Shown here: piece after piece, positions 1 to 13,700 of the stretch
Layout: each line of letters starts with the position of its first letter
Numbering within the stretch: the stretch's first letter is position 1
Source: Leptogorgia sarmentosa
Taxonomy: Eukaryota
DNA: 64,000 nucleotides
Direction: 5' to 3'
Assembly (NCBI GenBank): GCA_964658305.1
Contig: OZ210885.1
Coordinates: 10,912,001-10,976,000 of the forward strand
Position numbers and translations under genes: made by a program
The notes under the pieces: generated by a model
Told to the model about the DNA's origin: nothing
Seen by the model: only the letters and a program-made list of their open reading frames with translations
The model's database searches: none

Positions 1-262
1 TTTTCATAAAGCCAGTTAAAATTGAAGAACAGTTTATGTAGTTCATCAAATTGTTCGGAGGAGTGGAGGTGATAGGTCAGGTACTTGAAATAATAATCCT
101 TGTTGCCTTCAAATTTTCCCCAATCACCGTTCTCGGAATGACCACGAAGTGCCTTCACGAACAATCTTTGGACAGAACTTAGTTTGCCTCCTAGTTTTGC
201 GCGTGCAAAACCCATAAGGAGATCGTGGAGACGGTAGTTCTTCTTTCCATGGATATCAGATC
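1..262 (-). CDS. Gene A exon: MHD-type motif and APAF1-like helical domain (runs off the window edge)
   Basis: Acceptor tttcag at 263-265. Translates GSDIHGKKNYRLHDLLMGFA...DYYFKYLTYHLHSS...LFFNFNWL, colinear with gene B exon 62428-62850. Not in the ORF track because it has no ATG. Confidence 0.9.
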
Positions 263-1664
263 CTGAAAATTATCGTTATAAGGCGAATTTCAATTAAGTG
301 CAAAATTTGGTTAGCGATCGCTTTCTTTTGAAATGCTTGCAATCACCCAAAGTTAATGAGAATCGTTGACTGTTTGTATTTCAAAATGAAGCGTTCGCTA
401 AAAGTCGATCCCGCGCCATTTCGCACTGAATTAAATTCTGCCATTAGAGAACATAGTCACGTATGGTGATTCGAAACGTTTTAGTACATGACAGTAGAGC
501 ATTCTGGGACTGCAGTCAGGCTATAGTACAAAAATTTTTTAGACTTAGCATACCCCAGGGCGATGGAAGTATTTTGCATTCAATTCGATTTGTTACTCAT
601 CTAGGAATGTCAGTGGAAAACACTAAAAATATTGGGCAAATGAACGGGCAAATTTGGCTTGCCCACATATGAGTCAACATATGATTATAGCTGAAAATTA
701 ATTTCCTTAAGCTTGTTTGACATTGGTTTGATTAAATGTTCAGCCTAACAACGTGTTGGCAGTAAATATACAGCTTTCGCAAAAGGAGCTGTAGTAAAAA
801 AATATTTCACAAACTTCTCGTCATTTTCTTGAATTTCATTTGATTATGGTGCAGGAAGCACCAGACAAATTTAGCGATCACAAAATGTTTAAGAAGACAA
901 CAAGCACAAAGATATCATCATAGTTGGAAACAGCGTGCTGAAAATAGTATGAAAGCAAAGTTTGAAGAATAAAGATTAAATAAAATAAAAATGGGGAAAT
1001 TGTGCCCATGCAAATTTGGCACAATTTACATACCATTTATAACGCAGAAGTGATTTAATTATCTTATTTACTGAGACCGAGGGAAACATTGTGTTTTGTG
1101 GCCCTGAGACTACCGTTGAATGGCGGTTGAGGGGCCACAAAACACAATGTTTCTCGAGGTTTAGCGTTTTGTTGTATAGTTTAGAGTCAAAATATGAATG
1201 AATTCACCGGTTTAATACTGGAGTTAACTTTGAAACCAAAAAAAACAGACATTGAATGGGACGCCTTACGCCGTACATGTTCGATAAATTTCAAAACATC
1301 GTACAATTGAATGAACTTGAACGCATGCGCATTGTGCCCATTTAATTGTTGCCCGGTCAATAATTTTTTGATTTTTGACCGGTTGGCGAACATGACGTTA
1401 TATGGACCGGCACGTGATACGGTTTTGTCCAATCAGCAAACAGGAAAATTGAACTTCGACACCAACTATATAACAATACCCATTATCGTCTGAAATGGAT
1501 ATAATTCTGTTCGCACTGATACAATGTACACACAATGAGCGAACTGTGTCTGGCAATGATATTCCCATTTTATGATATTTCTTCAGTTATAGTAATTTTT
1601 ACACGCTGTTTCCAACTGTAGCGATATATTTTTGTCTATTATTATGCACCCTGCCTTCATTTAC

Positions 1665-2307
1665 CTTTTTGAATCATCGACTTCTTTTCAAGCTCATCAA
1701 GTATACCCCTTGCTTCACGATCTTTACAAGAAGTTCTCCCGGCTACTTTGGAAGACCAAAACAGCTCAAGAATGTCTGATGGTACATCCGTATCTTCTGG
1801 AAATAAAGCGAAATCTAGAAACTTTTCTCGTATTTCTTCGTCCAAATGTTGAAAGCTGGCGTTAATGGCTGTTAAGACGTTATCGTAAGGATAAGCGTTG
1901 GCAGGATATATTGACCGTAATTTTACGAAGTCTGCTGTTTTTAGGTCATTTAAAACGTCCTCCCAGTCTTGTTCATCGCGAGTGTCAGCTAAACTTGAAC
2001 CCACTAGGGACAGAGCTAGCGGTAGGTCGCCACAATGGTTTAACAGTTCCTCTATAATTTGCCGCATGTTTGAACTAAACTTAGACTGCTCGTCCCCGGT
2101 GACTCGGGCAGTTTGATACAAGAGCTTGTAAGAATCATCCCGTTTTAAAAATTTGAGTGTGTACAAAGCAGAACCTTGTAAACCGCGCACAACTTCCGAA
2201 TCTCTGGTAGTTATTAATAATTGACATTTTCCAGAGAGATGATCAAACACAGAAGCGTGGTTTACATTCCAAACATCATCAAGAATCACCAAGCAATCTT
2301 TGTCACT
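1665..2307 (-). CDS. Gene A exon: NB-ARC second half (Walker B, RNBS-B, GLPL, winged helix)
   Basis: CLVILDDVW, LLITTRD, GDLPLALSLVGS, FLDFALFPED motifs; cag acceptor and G|GTAAA donor. Confidence 0.92.
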
Positions 2308-2504
2308 CTGCAATACATAGAAATCTACGTTATCGTCGCATCAGTTGATGCTTTTCGAGTTGTTTACTGAAAGGGTAAAATTAATTGCGGCAAAGCAGGA
2401 GCAGAGTAAACATGGCTTCTGAATCAGAAGGACGACCCTCACCAACTTTCATAACAGAAACGTGGTAAAAGAATCGGGATCAATGAAAGTTTATGCTGGA
2501 AAAT

Positions 2505-3060
2505 AGAAATACGTATATGCAGCAACCCCTCGCCTTTTTTTAGAAGTTGCAAAAAAATGCAACTATATATTTGGAACATGAAGTTGTTTCATGGCAACGC
2601 GATCCGCAATTCATATTTCTGTATTTTTCTGAAAACAGTCAAAATATTAGCTTTTATATCTTTGTTTTATTAGCGCTTTTTTTAATTTGGAGAACCATTA
2701 ATTGTTATTCGTACGATAGTAGGACTAATATAAACTTGAATTTGCTGCGAAATACTGCATTTATTTGCATGAAACTTCCATTTAAATATTCAAGTCAGTC
2801 TTTGATATCAAACAATTTCCAGCCAGTGTTCGCTCGTGTTCTTTTGGGATAAAATTTGTAAATATTTTGTGAAGTTTTGCTTTTAAAAACATGAACTTAT
2901 ACTCTGGAATTAAATCGTGAGTAGATTAAATGCGGCTACGGCGACCTTAAATCTTACAGCGCAGATCTTGTCTTTGTTTTCTCCTTTCCAAAGGCTTTAA
3001 AAAACTTCGGCTCTTCATGATTGTCCGCCATATTTTTGAGATCAGTGATGACCATTCACG
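2505..3060. repeat. Interspersed repeat with an inverted copy at ~39470-40160
   Basis: Shared segments tatatgcagcaacc, aattcatatttctgtatttttctgaaaaca and agatcttgtctttgtttt. Confidence 0.75.
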
Positions 3061-3211
3061 ATAGCCCAAAACGGCGGCCCCGAATCTGAGCCCTACATAC
3101 TCCGCTACGCTGCCGTTTACGGGGATAGCCCTATGGGTATCTTTTGAGAACGGTTTTCTTGTTACATCGTGGCAACCAGTATTGTATAAACCCTGGGAAA
3201 TGCGTACATAC

Positions 3212-3549
3212 CGTATTTGCTTTTATCCAACCTTGCGCGGCGCGGATATCAGGGAACGTCATTTCTCCACCAATGTCTTTTATGAGGAGGTTAATCAGTG
3301 CTAGACAGTCTGGAGTTTCTCCAATGTCAAGCCATATTACCTCACGAGATTCTTTGGCAGCCCAAGCGACAGCCAGAGCTAAGATGGTCTTACCCAGACC
3401 TCCCATACCACGGATACCAACGACGTCGCCCCCGCGATTCCCAACCACACCAACTCTATTATTTCCATCCGCAAGTAACCTTAATATCTCGTTCACTTCT
3501 GACGGTCTCTCCACCATGTCACGAGGTAGACTGCGCAAACCATGGGCAA
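3212..3549 (-). CDS. Gene A exon: NB-ARC first half (P-loop)
   Basis: VGIRGMGGLGKT Walker A and VIWLDIG; tag acceptor (phase 1) and ACG|GTATGT donor, same boundaries as gene B. Confidence 0.92.
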
Positions 3550-3673
3550 CTAACATATAAAATAAGAATTGATGCTGTATTAGTAGACCCACTTTTGTGT
3601 GCGTAACGAATCGACAATTAATTACATATATAGCTGGCACACCCATTTGCTAACGCTGTATCGTGTCATTCTA

Positions 3674-3853
3674 CAGGTTGTCCCAAAAAAACGCTACCAT
3701 TGAAAATAATCTCTTGTTAGAATTACAATGCCTCGCACTATAAGTTGGCTTAGCGCAAGGGTGCATAAACTATTGAAAATTTCTTAATAGCTACTAAAAT
3801 TGTTGTTATAGATTATTTTGAATGGCAGCGTTTTATTGTGCGGGGACCCCCTG
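3674..3853. mobile_element. Tc1/mariner-type MITE
   Basis: ta-CAGGTTGTCCC...GGGACCCCCTG inverted ends; a related left end occurs near 34007. Confidence 0.6.
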
Positions 3854-4155
3854 TGTTCCTGGGACAAAATCACGACCACGCCGTAGAGATTTTTCGCAAT
3901 GTATTATTAATACATTCTATAGTAAAGTGATTAGATTGGATTAGAAATGATTCAAAATGACTAAATTTGTACCCAGACCAATAGATTTCTATTTACCTGA
4001 AGAGTGGATTTCTACAGCTTTACAAATACGACACAAACTGACAATCACACTTTACTATCAACTCATAGACTCAACTCGTCTATTTGTTCCCTGTTCTCTG
4101 TCACATTCAAACTGACATCCTGTTCTTCTTATCGCCAATCAACCATTACATAAAT

Positions 4156-5130
4156 ATAGGATATTACACGGTTGCGAGAAGATATAGAGGATATTACACA
4201 GCGGTGCGAAGATATTAATTTTATCTTCGAGTGGTGAAAGCAATATTTTACGAATGAGCGTAGGGGAATGATCATATAAAATATCATTTCACCATGAGAA
4301 GATAAAACTCATATCTTCAAACCGCCGTGTAATTTTCTTTTTATTATATAGTCGTAAAAGCCAGTCGGCAATATTAATTAATTTTGGATCGATAATGCTA
4401 AATTTTTCAACGAAATACATCAAATTATCCAAATTCAAAGAATACCTGGGCATAATTTTAGTCTTTTGTTGTAGTATTTTCATTTTATCGAAAAAATTTG
4501 TTCCATGGAACAAAGACAAAATTTGGTTCGCCACTCTTAGACGAACGTCGCCATTTTGAAAACAAATTTATTGGCGGGAAATGATCACGTGATCGATATC
4601 TTCACTAGTGAAGATATGGAAAATATCTCACTGTGTATTTTTCAGTATCTCACTGTGTACTATATAATAAATGGATTTTATGTTCTCGTGGCAAGAATAA
4701 TATCTCATGAGTGAGCGCATCCATATCTTCGAGCGAACCGTGTAATGTTCTGTTTATTATTTGGACTTATTCAGAGTGACACAAATACACAACAACTATC
4801 CTTTTATTGCAAACATGCAGTGTAAAACACGACAATTAATGGCTTTAAAATTAGCCTTTAGTAAATATAGATTATAAAATACCGCTTTATTGTAGTTTAT
4901 TGTAGTATTGTAGCTTTATTGTTCGTCGCAAAACGTACTAATATCGTCTTCGCTTGAATTCACAAACCTTGAAGTTGAAGCCATTTGTAAACAGCGAAAA
5001 AGGCGGGAAGGTTATGTCACCCCTAAGCGTGACATACGGAAAATACGCGCACCGTATCCCGGATGTAGTGGCGTATGAGTTCTACGAGTGTTTTAGTTCC
5101 CAATAAAATACCGCTGTCCATATAATAATT
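4156..5130. mobile_element. Hairpin-ended (Crypton-like) element with a related element nested at 4186-4670
   Basis: Outer parts nearly identical to 42713-43245; the inner element has its own ~150-bp hairpin and TATAATAA end. Confidence 0.8.
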
Positions 5131-5785
5131 ATAGTTTTCTGCATGCGCATCAGTTATACAAATCATGGCCGGCGTAATCAAGTTAATAATCAACGGTTAA
5201 TTAAAGTAAATGTAAATGTAGGCTGTCCATAACAACCTGTATGTATTTAAAAGGCGTTGCGTTTAAAAATGCACATTCTCTATAATTGTCTCAAACTGGC
5301 TACTTTTTCTCATAATCATATAGAGGGTAAATTTAATAAAACCTGATTGACTAAATCTTCAGCATTTTTCAATTACGGCTTCCTCGCATTATTTGTCGTG
5401 TGTGAAATCGTCAAATTAAATTAGCTTAAAAGTAATTTGGTAAATATTTAAGAAAATTCTGTAATTTGCCTGTGCCAAAACACTGCATGCGAAATCTCTT
5501 GGATTACATACACGCCATTTTTCCAACTTTTTGCGTTGTACACCTGTGCTAATTTAGAAACGATAAACTGGAGAATATTACGCAGACCATCTTACTGATG
5601 GACCAAATATTGACTGAAATGCCTAAAATACTAAACGTCCAACTGATATTCTAATACAACTGCTTAATTCATACATAAAATTAAGTGGCTTCCCAACAGA
5701 TCCGAATATACTTCTACAATTACTTTCGCTGGCTAATTTGTGGCGCGTAGTCTCACTGTAATATGTTTTTTCAACAATTTGATAC

Positions 5786-6713
5786 CTTTTTTTGGCGAAT
5801 AATTTCTTTGTTTCTCATAATGATTTTCCGTCATGTTGACATTTTGCTGTAAACTCTCAATTTTGTCAGCATGGCTTTGCAGCTCCTTTGAATGATGTTC
5901 AAATTTTGCCGAGTGTTGTTCAAGTTCCTTTGAGTGTTCTCCAAGTTCCTTTGAATGATGATCAAATTTTGCCGAGTGTTGTTCAAGTTCCTTTGAGTGT
6001 TCTCCAAGTTCCTTTGACTGATGATCAAATTTTGCCGAGTGTTGTTCAAGTTCCTTTGAGTGATGATCAAATTTTGCAGAGTGTTGTTCAAGTTCCTTTG
6101 AGTGTTCTCCGAGTTCCTTTGAATGATGATCAAATTTTGCCGAGTGTTGTTCAAGTTCCTTTGAGTGTTCTCCAAGTTCCTTTGATTGATGTTCAAATTT
6201 TGCCGAGTGTTCTTCAAGTTCCTTCGAGTGTTCTCCAAGTTCCTTTGAATGATGATCAAATTTTTCCGAGTATTGTTCAAGTTCCTTTGAGTGTTCTCCA
6301 AGTTGCTTTGAATGTTCTCCAAGTTCCTTTGACTGATGATCAAATTTTGCCGAGTGTTGTTCAAGTTCCTTTGAATGTTCTCCAAGTTCCTTTGACTGAT
6401 GATCAAATTTTGCCGAGTGTTGTTCAAGTTCCTTTGAATGTTCTCCAAGTTCCTTCGACTGATGATCAAATTTTGCTGAGTGTTGGTCCAGTTCCTTTGA
6501 GTGTTCTCCAAGTTCCTTTGACTGATGATCAAATTTTCCCGAGTGTTGTTCCAGTTCCTTCGAGTGTTGTTCAAGTTTCTTTGAATGTTCTCCAAGTTCC
6601 TTCGATTGATGGACAAGTTTTTCCGAGTTTTTCGCGACACGTTTTTCAACGTTTTCAATTCTGCAGACCAGTTTTGAATGGATGTTGTCAAGTTTCTCTA
6701 CCGCGGCATTCAT
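5786..6713 (-). CDS. Gene A exon: expanded His-rich coiled coil
   Basis: cag|ATG acceptor and AAA G|GTATC donor in phase with the next exon. N-terminal EKLDNI matches gene B exon 58545-58740. Confidence 0.85.
5853..6608 (-). repeat. Coding minisatellite: 21-nt unit with 63-nt higher-order unit, about 35 heptads
   Basis: Repeating QSKELGE/HSKELEQ/HSAKFDH read directly from the translation. Confidence 0.95.
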
Positions 6714-7429
6714 CTGCAGAGATACAAGTAAAGAGTTATAAATATTTCAGTTTATATTAAATATACATGATAAACATTAAATATTAAAATATCTAAAGAT
6801 ATACAAATTATGCTTAATTCAGAGAACAATACATGTATAAATGCGCGAATTTTTCTGGTCAGCATTAGAAATGAAATTATATTTCAAAGCATCATGCAAT
6901 ATTCTTTTTAGAAATATTGCCCCATTGTCCCACAATGTGCTCCAAAAATGCAACCAAAGTAGCCGGAGGAACTTCGTGCAGCCGTCGTGAAGGAAGACGT
7001 ATACTGGATGAGCTCGATTAGAAGTCGATTATTCATAAAGGTAAATGAAGGCAAGGTGCATTATAATGGACACTGTTAAGTCAGCGATATTTAGCTATCA
7101 CATCTTAAATTGCCATAAAAAGAAGCAGAAAGTTCTATAATTAAAAAATTTATATGCTTTTGGAACTTATTGATCGATTATAAAGCAAATTCAACAGTTA
7201 CGGGATAAAATAAATATAAAACGGGCCATATGTCGACAAAATTTACATTCATATATGAATGTAAGCGGAAGTATTATAGCCAATCAAAGCGTTAGCATAA
7301 AAAAGGATTTCAAAATTCTCTTCAAAAAGGTATAATTCAAGTTTCGTTTTACTTCAGCTTCGGATTCAAATTCGAAAGGCATGTTATAAGCATTGCCGCC
7401 ATTAGGTTTTCGTTTTTTGGGATGCCGTA

Positions 7430-7549
7430 GGCCTAGTTCAGACGTCGTACATTTCATGTGCCAAACCTAATGTTAACGAGCTAAGTTCTTTGTTTGAGTT
7501 CAATTGGATTGGGCTCGGCACATCAAAAGTTCGACGTCTCAACTAGGTC
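7430..7549. mobile_element. Short palindromic MITE
   Basis: GGCCTAGTTCAGACGTCG...CGACGTCTCAACTAGGTC inverted arms. Confidence 0.75.
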
Positions 7550-10067
7550 TCACTCCACAAAAAAAAACAAAGAATATGTCCAGTTTGGATTTGTATTGAA
7601 TAAAACAATGTTCCTGTAGTTATAAAGCAGTGGCTTGTAAAATACTGCATGGCATAATTTCAACAAATAAACTACTAACATGACCTCATGCATAAACACG
7701 TCAGAAGGGTAGATACGTACTTACAATTCTGGGCTTAGTAGTAAAAGCAGGAATCTTTGAAAACGAATGAACGTTTCCGTCCCGACCACCAGAACCAGAA
7801 TTCCATGCACGATAACCTCTTGTGACGTCATACATAAGGTCTACTGAAATTTGATATGCAGGTTTGCTAGTTTTTAAACTTTTCAGAAATTTGTAGTTCA
7901 ACGTGTGAGCCTCAATATCAATTTCGCAAGGAAAAAGTAATAGTTATATATTAAAATTTAGGTTTACCTCTTGCCTATGAGAATGCCCCAAAATACATAT
8001 ATGTTATTTACCAACTGGGAGGTCCGTACGTTTTTGAGACCGAGACAAAATATTTTCCAGTACGGACCCACCTAAATGGTAAATAACTTTTTTTTTCCTC
8101 GATGTTATGATAAAATTCGTCAAAAATTCCAGTGTTGCGAACTAGATTTTGAGATCAGTTTGTTTGTTTACTTTGCTACTCTATCGCAAGTAAACAACCA
8201 AGACGAAGTGAGAAAAAACACTTCAATATTGACCCATTTGCTTCAATATTGACGACGCATTTCCACTCAACATTACGATGAAAAAGGTAAACTTATTGAA
8301 ATTATTTATTTTCCCGTTTGTTTCACGATACAAACATGGTTAAAATACGCTTTAGACACCGAAATATTTCGCCGAGAATGTTTTGTTTTGTTCATACTGA
8401 TGAGACTTTGTTGATACTTATGAGTTTTTGTCGCTGTAAATACCCCGTAAAATATCCCTTAGCATAATAAAATGAACTTTCATGTATTCTTTATCGCCTA
8501 AATTCGTTTTGAATGTTTTAAAAAGCGGCCATTCAATTTTAAAAAACAAAAACATTGACGATATTTCTATCTACGAGAATATGAGCAGCCCGTACCGTAG
8601 GATACGGACCGCTCGGCAACCAATCAGAATGCTCTATTTAGGTTACGGACCGGAAAAAAATGAATTTTTTTATTTTCGTCGAATAAACCATAAGCTCCGA
8701 CACAATTTCGCCCGATAGTTATAAGTTTATTCAGACCATCCCGTGGAAGCTAGATTTGCTTTGGTTAAGGCTAGTCCTATAGGGCTAGATTTTTCCTAAA
8801 AGAATTTTATATTAGTATTTATCAGTAATTGTATGTAGTATGTTTTATTTTTCGCTACACGCTTCGTCCAAGTATTCTATTGCAAACGTGTCCCCAAAAA
8901 AGTATGCACATGTTTGACTTGCAACGTTTAACGGGTAAAACAAAACTCAGAAAAACAGCATTACCGAAAAAAAGCACAGATTGCGTTCCACGCTTAAAAT
9001 TTGTACTCGCTCGCATTTGAAACTGCATGTCTTATATTAATTTTAACAGCGTCTTCCTACTTATTTAATGGCTGTTAAATTAAACATCAAAAGTTCCTCA
9101 AACCTTTGTGGCGTCCAAATCGCAGTTTTTGATACAACGGCAAAGTTCAGCTACACTTTCTGCAATTAGTTTTGCGTGACGACCATCAACAAGAATGTCT
9201 GGAAATAATGAAGAAAATTTATCTTGAGTATCACAAACACTATAAATCTACCGCTGCTAATGCGCGTAGTACCAAGGATACATGAAAAAGCATGCCCTGC
9301 TGTCCATACAAATTATTTGATAAGCATGGTCTGCTGTCGTTATTAGCAAACTTCAATATGCGGCCAGTGTAGTAGATAGAGGATAACAACATCAGCAAGC
9401 AGCACATGTCATACCCACTACCTAAACGATACAAACAGGTTTGGACGTTTTGAGTAAAGAAGATTTTCCGTCGGGAATGAACCAATTACATTATAGACAA
9501 TTTTTTTAAAAAATTTCGAAATAGTACAATTCAGAGCAACAGCGTTAAAGAGCATCCCAAATTTAGTAAAATTGTAAGTTTGGTTGAGAAATGTTGTAAA
9601 ATACGGAAAATATGACCCTGTAATGTTTTCAAATTTTGTATATTTTAGTATTACCCATACAAAATTGATATCCCTATCGAGAAAAGGCCATCAATTTTGC
9701 GTGCGTAAAAGACAAAAGAATTGGCAATATTGAGTTAAACATTCGCTTTTTTATTTGACTTTGAATGATTGAAGTTTTGAACACAAATTTCGAACTGGAA
9801 GTCTAGTCAACAATTTTGATTTTATGCATATGATAGCATATACTAGTTGTACAATAGTGTATATGATGTTGAATACGGTCTTAAATGCATTTGTCAAGGC
9901 TTTTAATTTCTGCACTTATATGAAGGTCTAATGTAATGTAATTGTAATTCAAAAGATCATATTTACAATTGCATTGAATTGTGTGGTAGTATATGAATCA
10001 AATTGGATAATAATAATGATAAATGAATAATTAAAGAAATTTTTTCCACACATGGGAGTTTTCTTAC

Positions 10068-10084
10068 AGAAGATCAAAAATGAT
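10068..10084 (-). CDS. Gene A 17-nt linker microexon with in-frame TGA (10074-10076)
   Basis: gcgcag|ATCATTTTTGATCTTCT|gtaaga; paralog of 54271-54287, which has TTA at this codon. Confidence 0.6.
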
Positions 10085-10141
10085 CTGCGCGAAACATAAA
10101 GACATGGTGAGATTCCGGCAATAATGCTAATAATACAGTAC

Positions 10142-10752
10142 CTGTTTTATTCCAGAAATCTAGTTCATCACAAATTATTTTTTTGTCAGCTGTTGGTAAA
10201 TTTAACAATTTGACCAAAGATTCCATTCCTTGAAACGAGGCATTAAACATATGTACTGTCCATTCAGAGATGTTACAATGAGCCCATGGGTTTCTGATGT
10301 CCGACCGAACTTTGTTTGCTTCAACTGCAGCACCAGAAGATACAAAAGGAGCTGCCTCACCCATAATAGTCAAAAGTGCTGACATATCCATGGTCTCGTC
10401 AAATCCAGTGCAATGTGCCATAAACTCCTTGAGGAATAGTTTCGCCAGCGACAGAGGATCTTTAACAGCATAATCATAGGCGGAAGCCAGCTTATGGATT
10501 TTGTTGTTGTTGATGTTCTTATACTGTAGCTTCTGTTTAGAAGGGGGTAACTTATTCTTGTGCTTTGCGAAATCTTGTTTTTGAATTTCATTAGGTGGTT
10601 GGCATAAAGAATGATACCACTTCCCAAGTTCAGTGGCGATAACTTTCCTCAATGCAGGTGCAAGAACTTTGGTAAAGGCAATGCCAACTAAAACCCAACG
10701 TTGTTCTTTCTCCGATATCTCTTTGCTGCTATTCGGTAGAGAATGCGCTGAT
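10142..10752 (-). CDS. Gene A exon: DZIP3-like HEPN domain (no ATG at exon start)
   Basis: EKEQRWVLVGIAFTKVLAPALR...RSDIRNPWAH (RxxxxH); ACA G|GTACTG donor; putative acceptor at 10753-10754. Confidence 0.75.
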
Positions 10753-13700
10753 CTATCAATTTGATATAAAAAATGAGGATTTAGAATTATAACAGCGAAA
10801 GCATAATTGTGTAGTCAATATACAGGCGAAATGATCCTCAAAGATCTGATCGCTTTAAAATTATTTGAAAGTGGAATTTTCCATCAAAAATGGAATGGTA
10901 TGGAATCATTCAGTAACAACTGGCTTGGATCATAAAAATCATCCAGTAACCTTACGTTGTCTAAATTCATCACAAATACATTATAACTGATTTAGCAACA
11001 GAACAATGATACACTGTTGGCCGCATTTACTGATTCAGCCCCCTCCCCTCGTAGCATCCAATGCCCCAAACATTGTCGTAAAAATTGAAATTCCAGAGAT
11101 GCTTTCCGTCGTTGTGCGCGGTGAGTTAGGGACTTCTTAAATCACATGCATTATTGCATTAGTTATCTAGCTAACTTTCTTATCCATGAGAATAACTGCA
11201 AACAATGATGAACAACAGATATATTGCTACAATCAGATAACTTTTGTTTAAAGACTGTAAGGATATCAGTCGACTACAAAGTTTCGCACATCAGAAGCTG
11301 GCATTTATTGCACAGAATGGTGACGTTTATATAGCATCAATGCATCGTAGCCGTGAAAATATAAATAGTGATGAGCGTGTGTGAAATGTGTAGAGAGGCG
11401 TAAATTAAGACAAAAGACACAGTATATAGTTCAAACCTTTGGATTCGATTCCCCATGGTTTTATCTCATTCAACTAACGCCTCAACAGAAACCTGAAACG
11501 ATAATAAATGCTAGATTGACGTAGAGAAGCACAGAAAAACGGCTATGGCTTGAAGCACGAGACATCTTCATTCACTTAGTGTATTTTTAAATATGTAGGA
11601 AGTCTGGGTAGGGGAAAACATTATTATCAAGCAGGATAAGTTCTACTTTCCAACTAAGCTAAATGATACAATAAGATTCGACGTTCCGGACGTCGATCGT
11701 TCGCAAAGAATTAGCGTAGAGGCTGGGCAAAAGCTACGTGAATATATAAAAACAATACGCGACTAAATGAAAACCATGATCAATGTAGATTTGTAGAAAA
11801 CAAGGTGTAGCGGGGCAAATCATACTATATTTTATCTACAATGTTAAAGATAGGTACGCGAAGTATACATTTATCTGCGCAAAATTTAAAAATGCCGCAT
11901 TGGCTAACGAGGCGAGTGGGGAGAGCAGGGAGGGCGGCAGCCCCCGCCCAACCCAAGATTGGAAAAGGTTGATTTTTGGGGGGCGCACGAGCTTGGCTCA
12001 TTTTTGTTATTGTAGGAAAGTTATTAATCGCTAATAACGATACGATCTCCTGTTTTCGGCTTACGTTCAAAAAATCTGGATTTCTACAATTGAGACTCTG
12101 AAATGGCCGTTTTAGGCGATTTAGAGATCCTAAATGTTCTTGTGGCGTTAATTCGCCCCCCCCCTCCAATATTGAAATTAAACGATCCTATGTACATGCA
12201 TAAATGTTTAATGATCCCCAAATTCAGGCAAGACTCAAGAAAGAGATATATTTGAAATGCTTTCAGTGTTTGCTAAAGTAATAATAAAGTCACACCAGCT
12301 GCACCACAGGACATTCTGTGTATAAACTACATGAAGCTGAAGCAAGTTGCTGTTTAAGCTTCGGGAATATTGTTGCAAAGTGCAAAGTAATGCATGTTGG
12401 GTTTCATGCAAAAAAACAGTACATGATTTCTGTACAACAGAAATGATTTCTGTCACAATAATAAGACGTCTGAACGACCAATGAAAGCTTACCCTATGAC
12501 GTATAATATCAAAATGTTTTTCGCCTGACATGAATTCGTATGTTTATACTAGCGGACAATGCAACTCAACTTATTTTTAATCCGTCATGAATTTAAAATC
12601 ATTCGGTTTTATTTTCCCTCTTCTTAGTAAAAATAATTATCATATGAATGGAAAATTAAAGACAGTTCGTATATTAAATTTCGCAAAGATTTTGGCAGTT
12701 AAATACCCATCACAGTGAAGTACATGTTACCGTGATTTTCAGGCATAGGTCATGCGGGAAAGAGTTTGGTAGATATACGCGCGACAATTTTAAAACTAAA
12801 GCACATATATATTACATTCCTTTAAACAACCCGATAGTTCGTTTACTTGCATGCTGTCAGTCAATTTAATCTCAGTCTTTGTTTTATGGTAGACACAATC
12901 TATCAACTGTTACAGACTGAAATGTTGCCAATCATATACTATAGTTTTTAATGAAACTTGTAAACAAACTTGCGTGAGGTATACACTGCTAGTATTGAAG
13001 TTTGCTTTCCTTAGTTTGCTCTGAAGACTTCGTCGCAAGCTAATTAGTCAAGAACAGTAAATTTGCTAACAGCGCTACAGACTGAGCGTTGCTAAGTTGC
13101 AGTTATATCGCTGAAAACCTGAAAGCAATAAAGGTCCACCTGTTGTTTGGTCCCTGGTTATTGCATGCTCAAGTCTGTATTGAATAAGCCCGAAGTGAGG
13201 ATGGAGGCTGCTTTGTTTGGCAATGCTCAATTCAATTTAGGATTTTCAACAAATCGTGCCAAGTAGCGCTGTATGCATGACATGTCAGCGATTGAACACG
13301 CACCAGTCATATGTATGTTCACCTTGATATAACCACCCAAGAATCAGTACAGATAGTAACGAAAAGCTTTAAAGCATTTATTAAAAAATGATTCATGACC
13401 TCAGCTTTTATAAAAAGATCCAAATCTTGTCTAGTTTTATCAGTATCTTGTCTGAATAAATTAAGTTTAATTTACAAACAAGCGCTCTTGCATGACAAAT
13501 ATCTTAGATAAACTAAGTGGTGATATGAGGAGTTTATGTGCAAAACAAGGCTCACGAGATCACAGATAATTAAAAGTAAGAGCGACATAGAACACCCTCA
13601 CATAACCTGAGACGATATTACACGAATGGTAGAAGCGTAAAGGCATGTTTGTTTGTCATTGTGTTGCAACGTCATCAGATGGATATTGTGCTTTCAAAGG

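Noticed and set aside
5853..6608. CRISPR-like appearance of the repeat
   Set aside because: Contiguous tandem units with no unique spacers, coding, eukaryotic context, no cas genes
5831..6760. Long overlapping ORFs 5831-6691 (minus) and 5888-6760 (plus)
   Set aside because: Shadow frames of a stop-free 21-nt repeat; only the 5786-6713 frame has splice sites and a paralog
8397..8440. CTGATGAG hammerhead-like start
   Set aside because: No stem II or GAAA follows
1..10752. Naming genes A and B as APAF1 or DZIP3 orthologs
   Set aside because: No CARD or RING seen; only individual domains are shared, so no gene symbol was assigned
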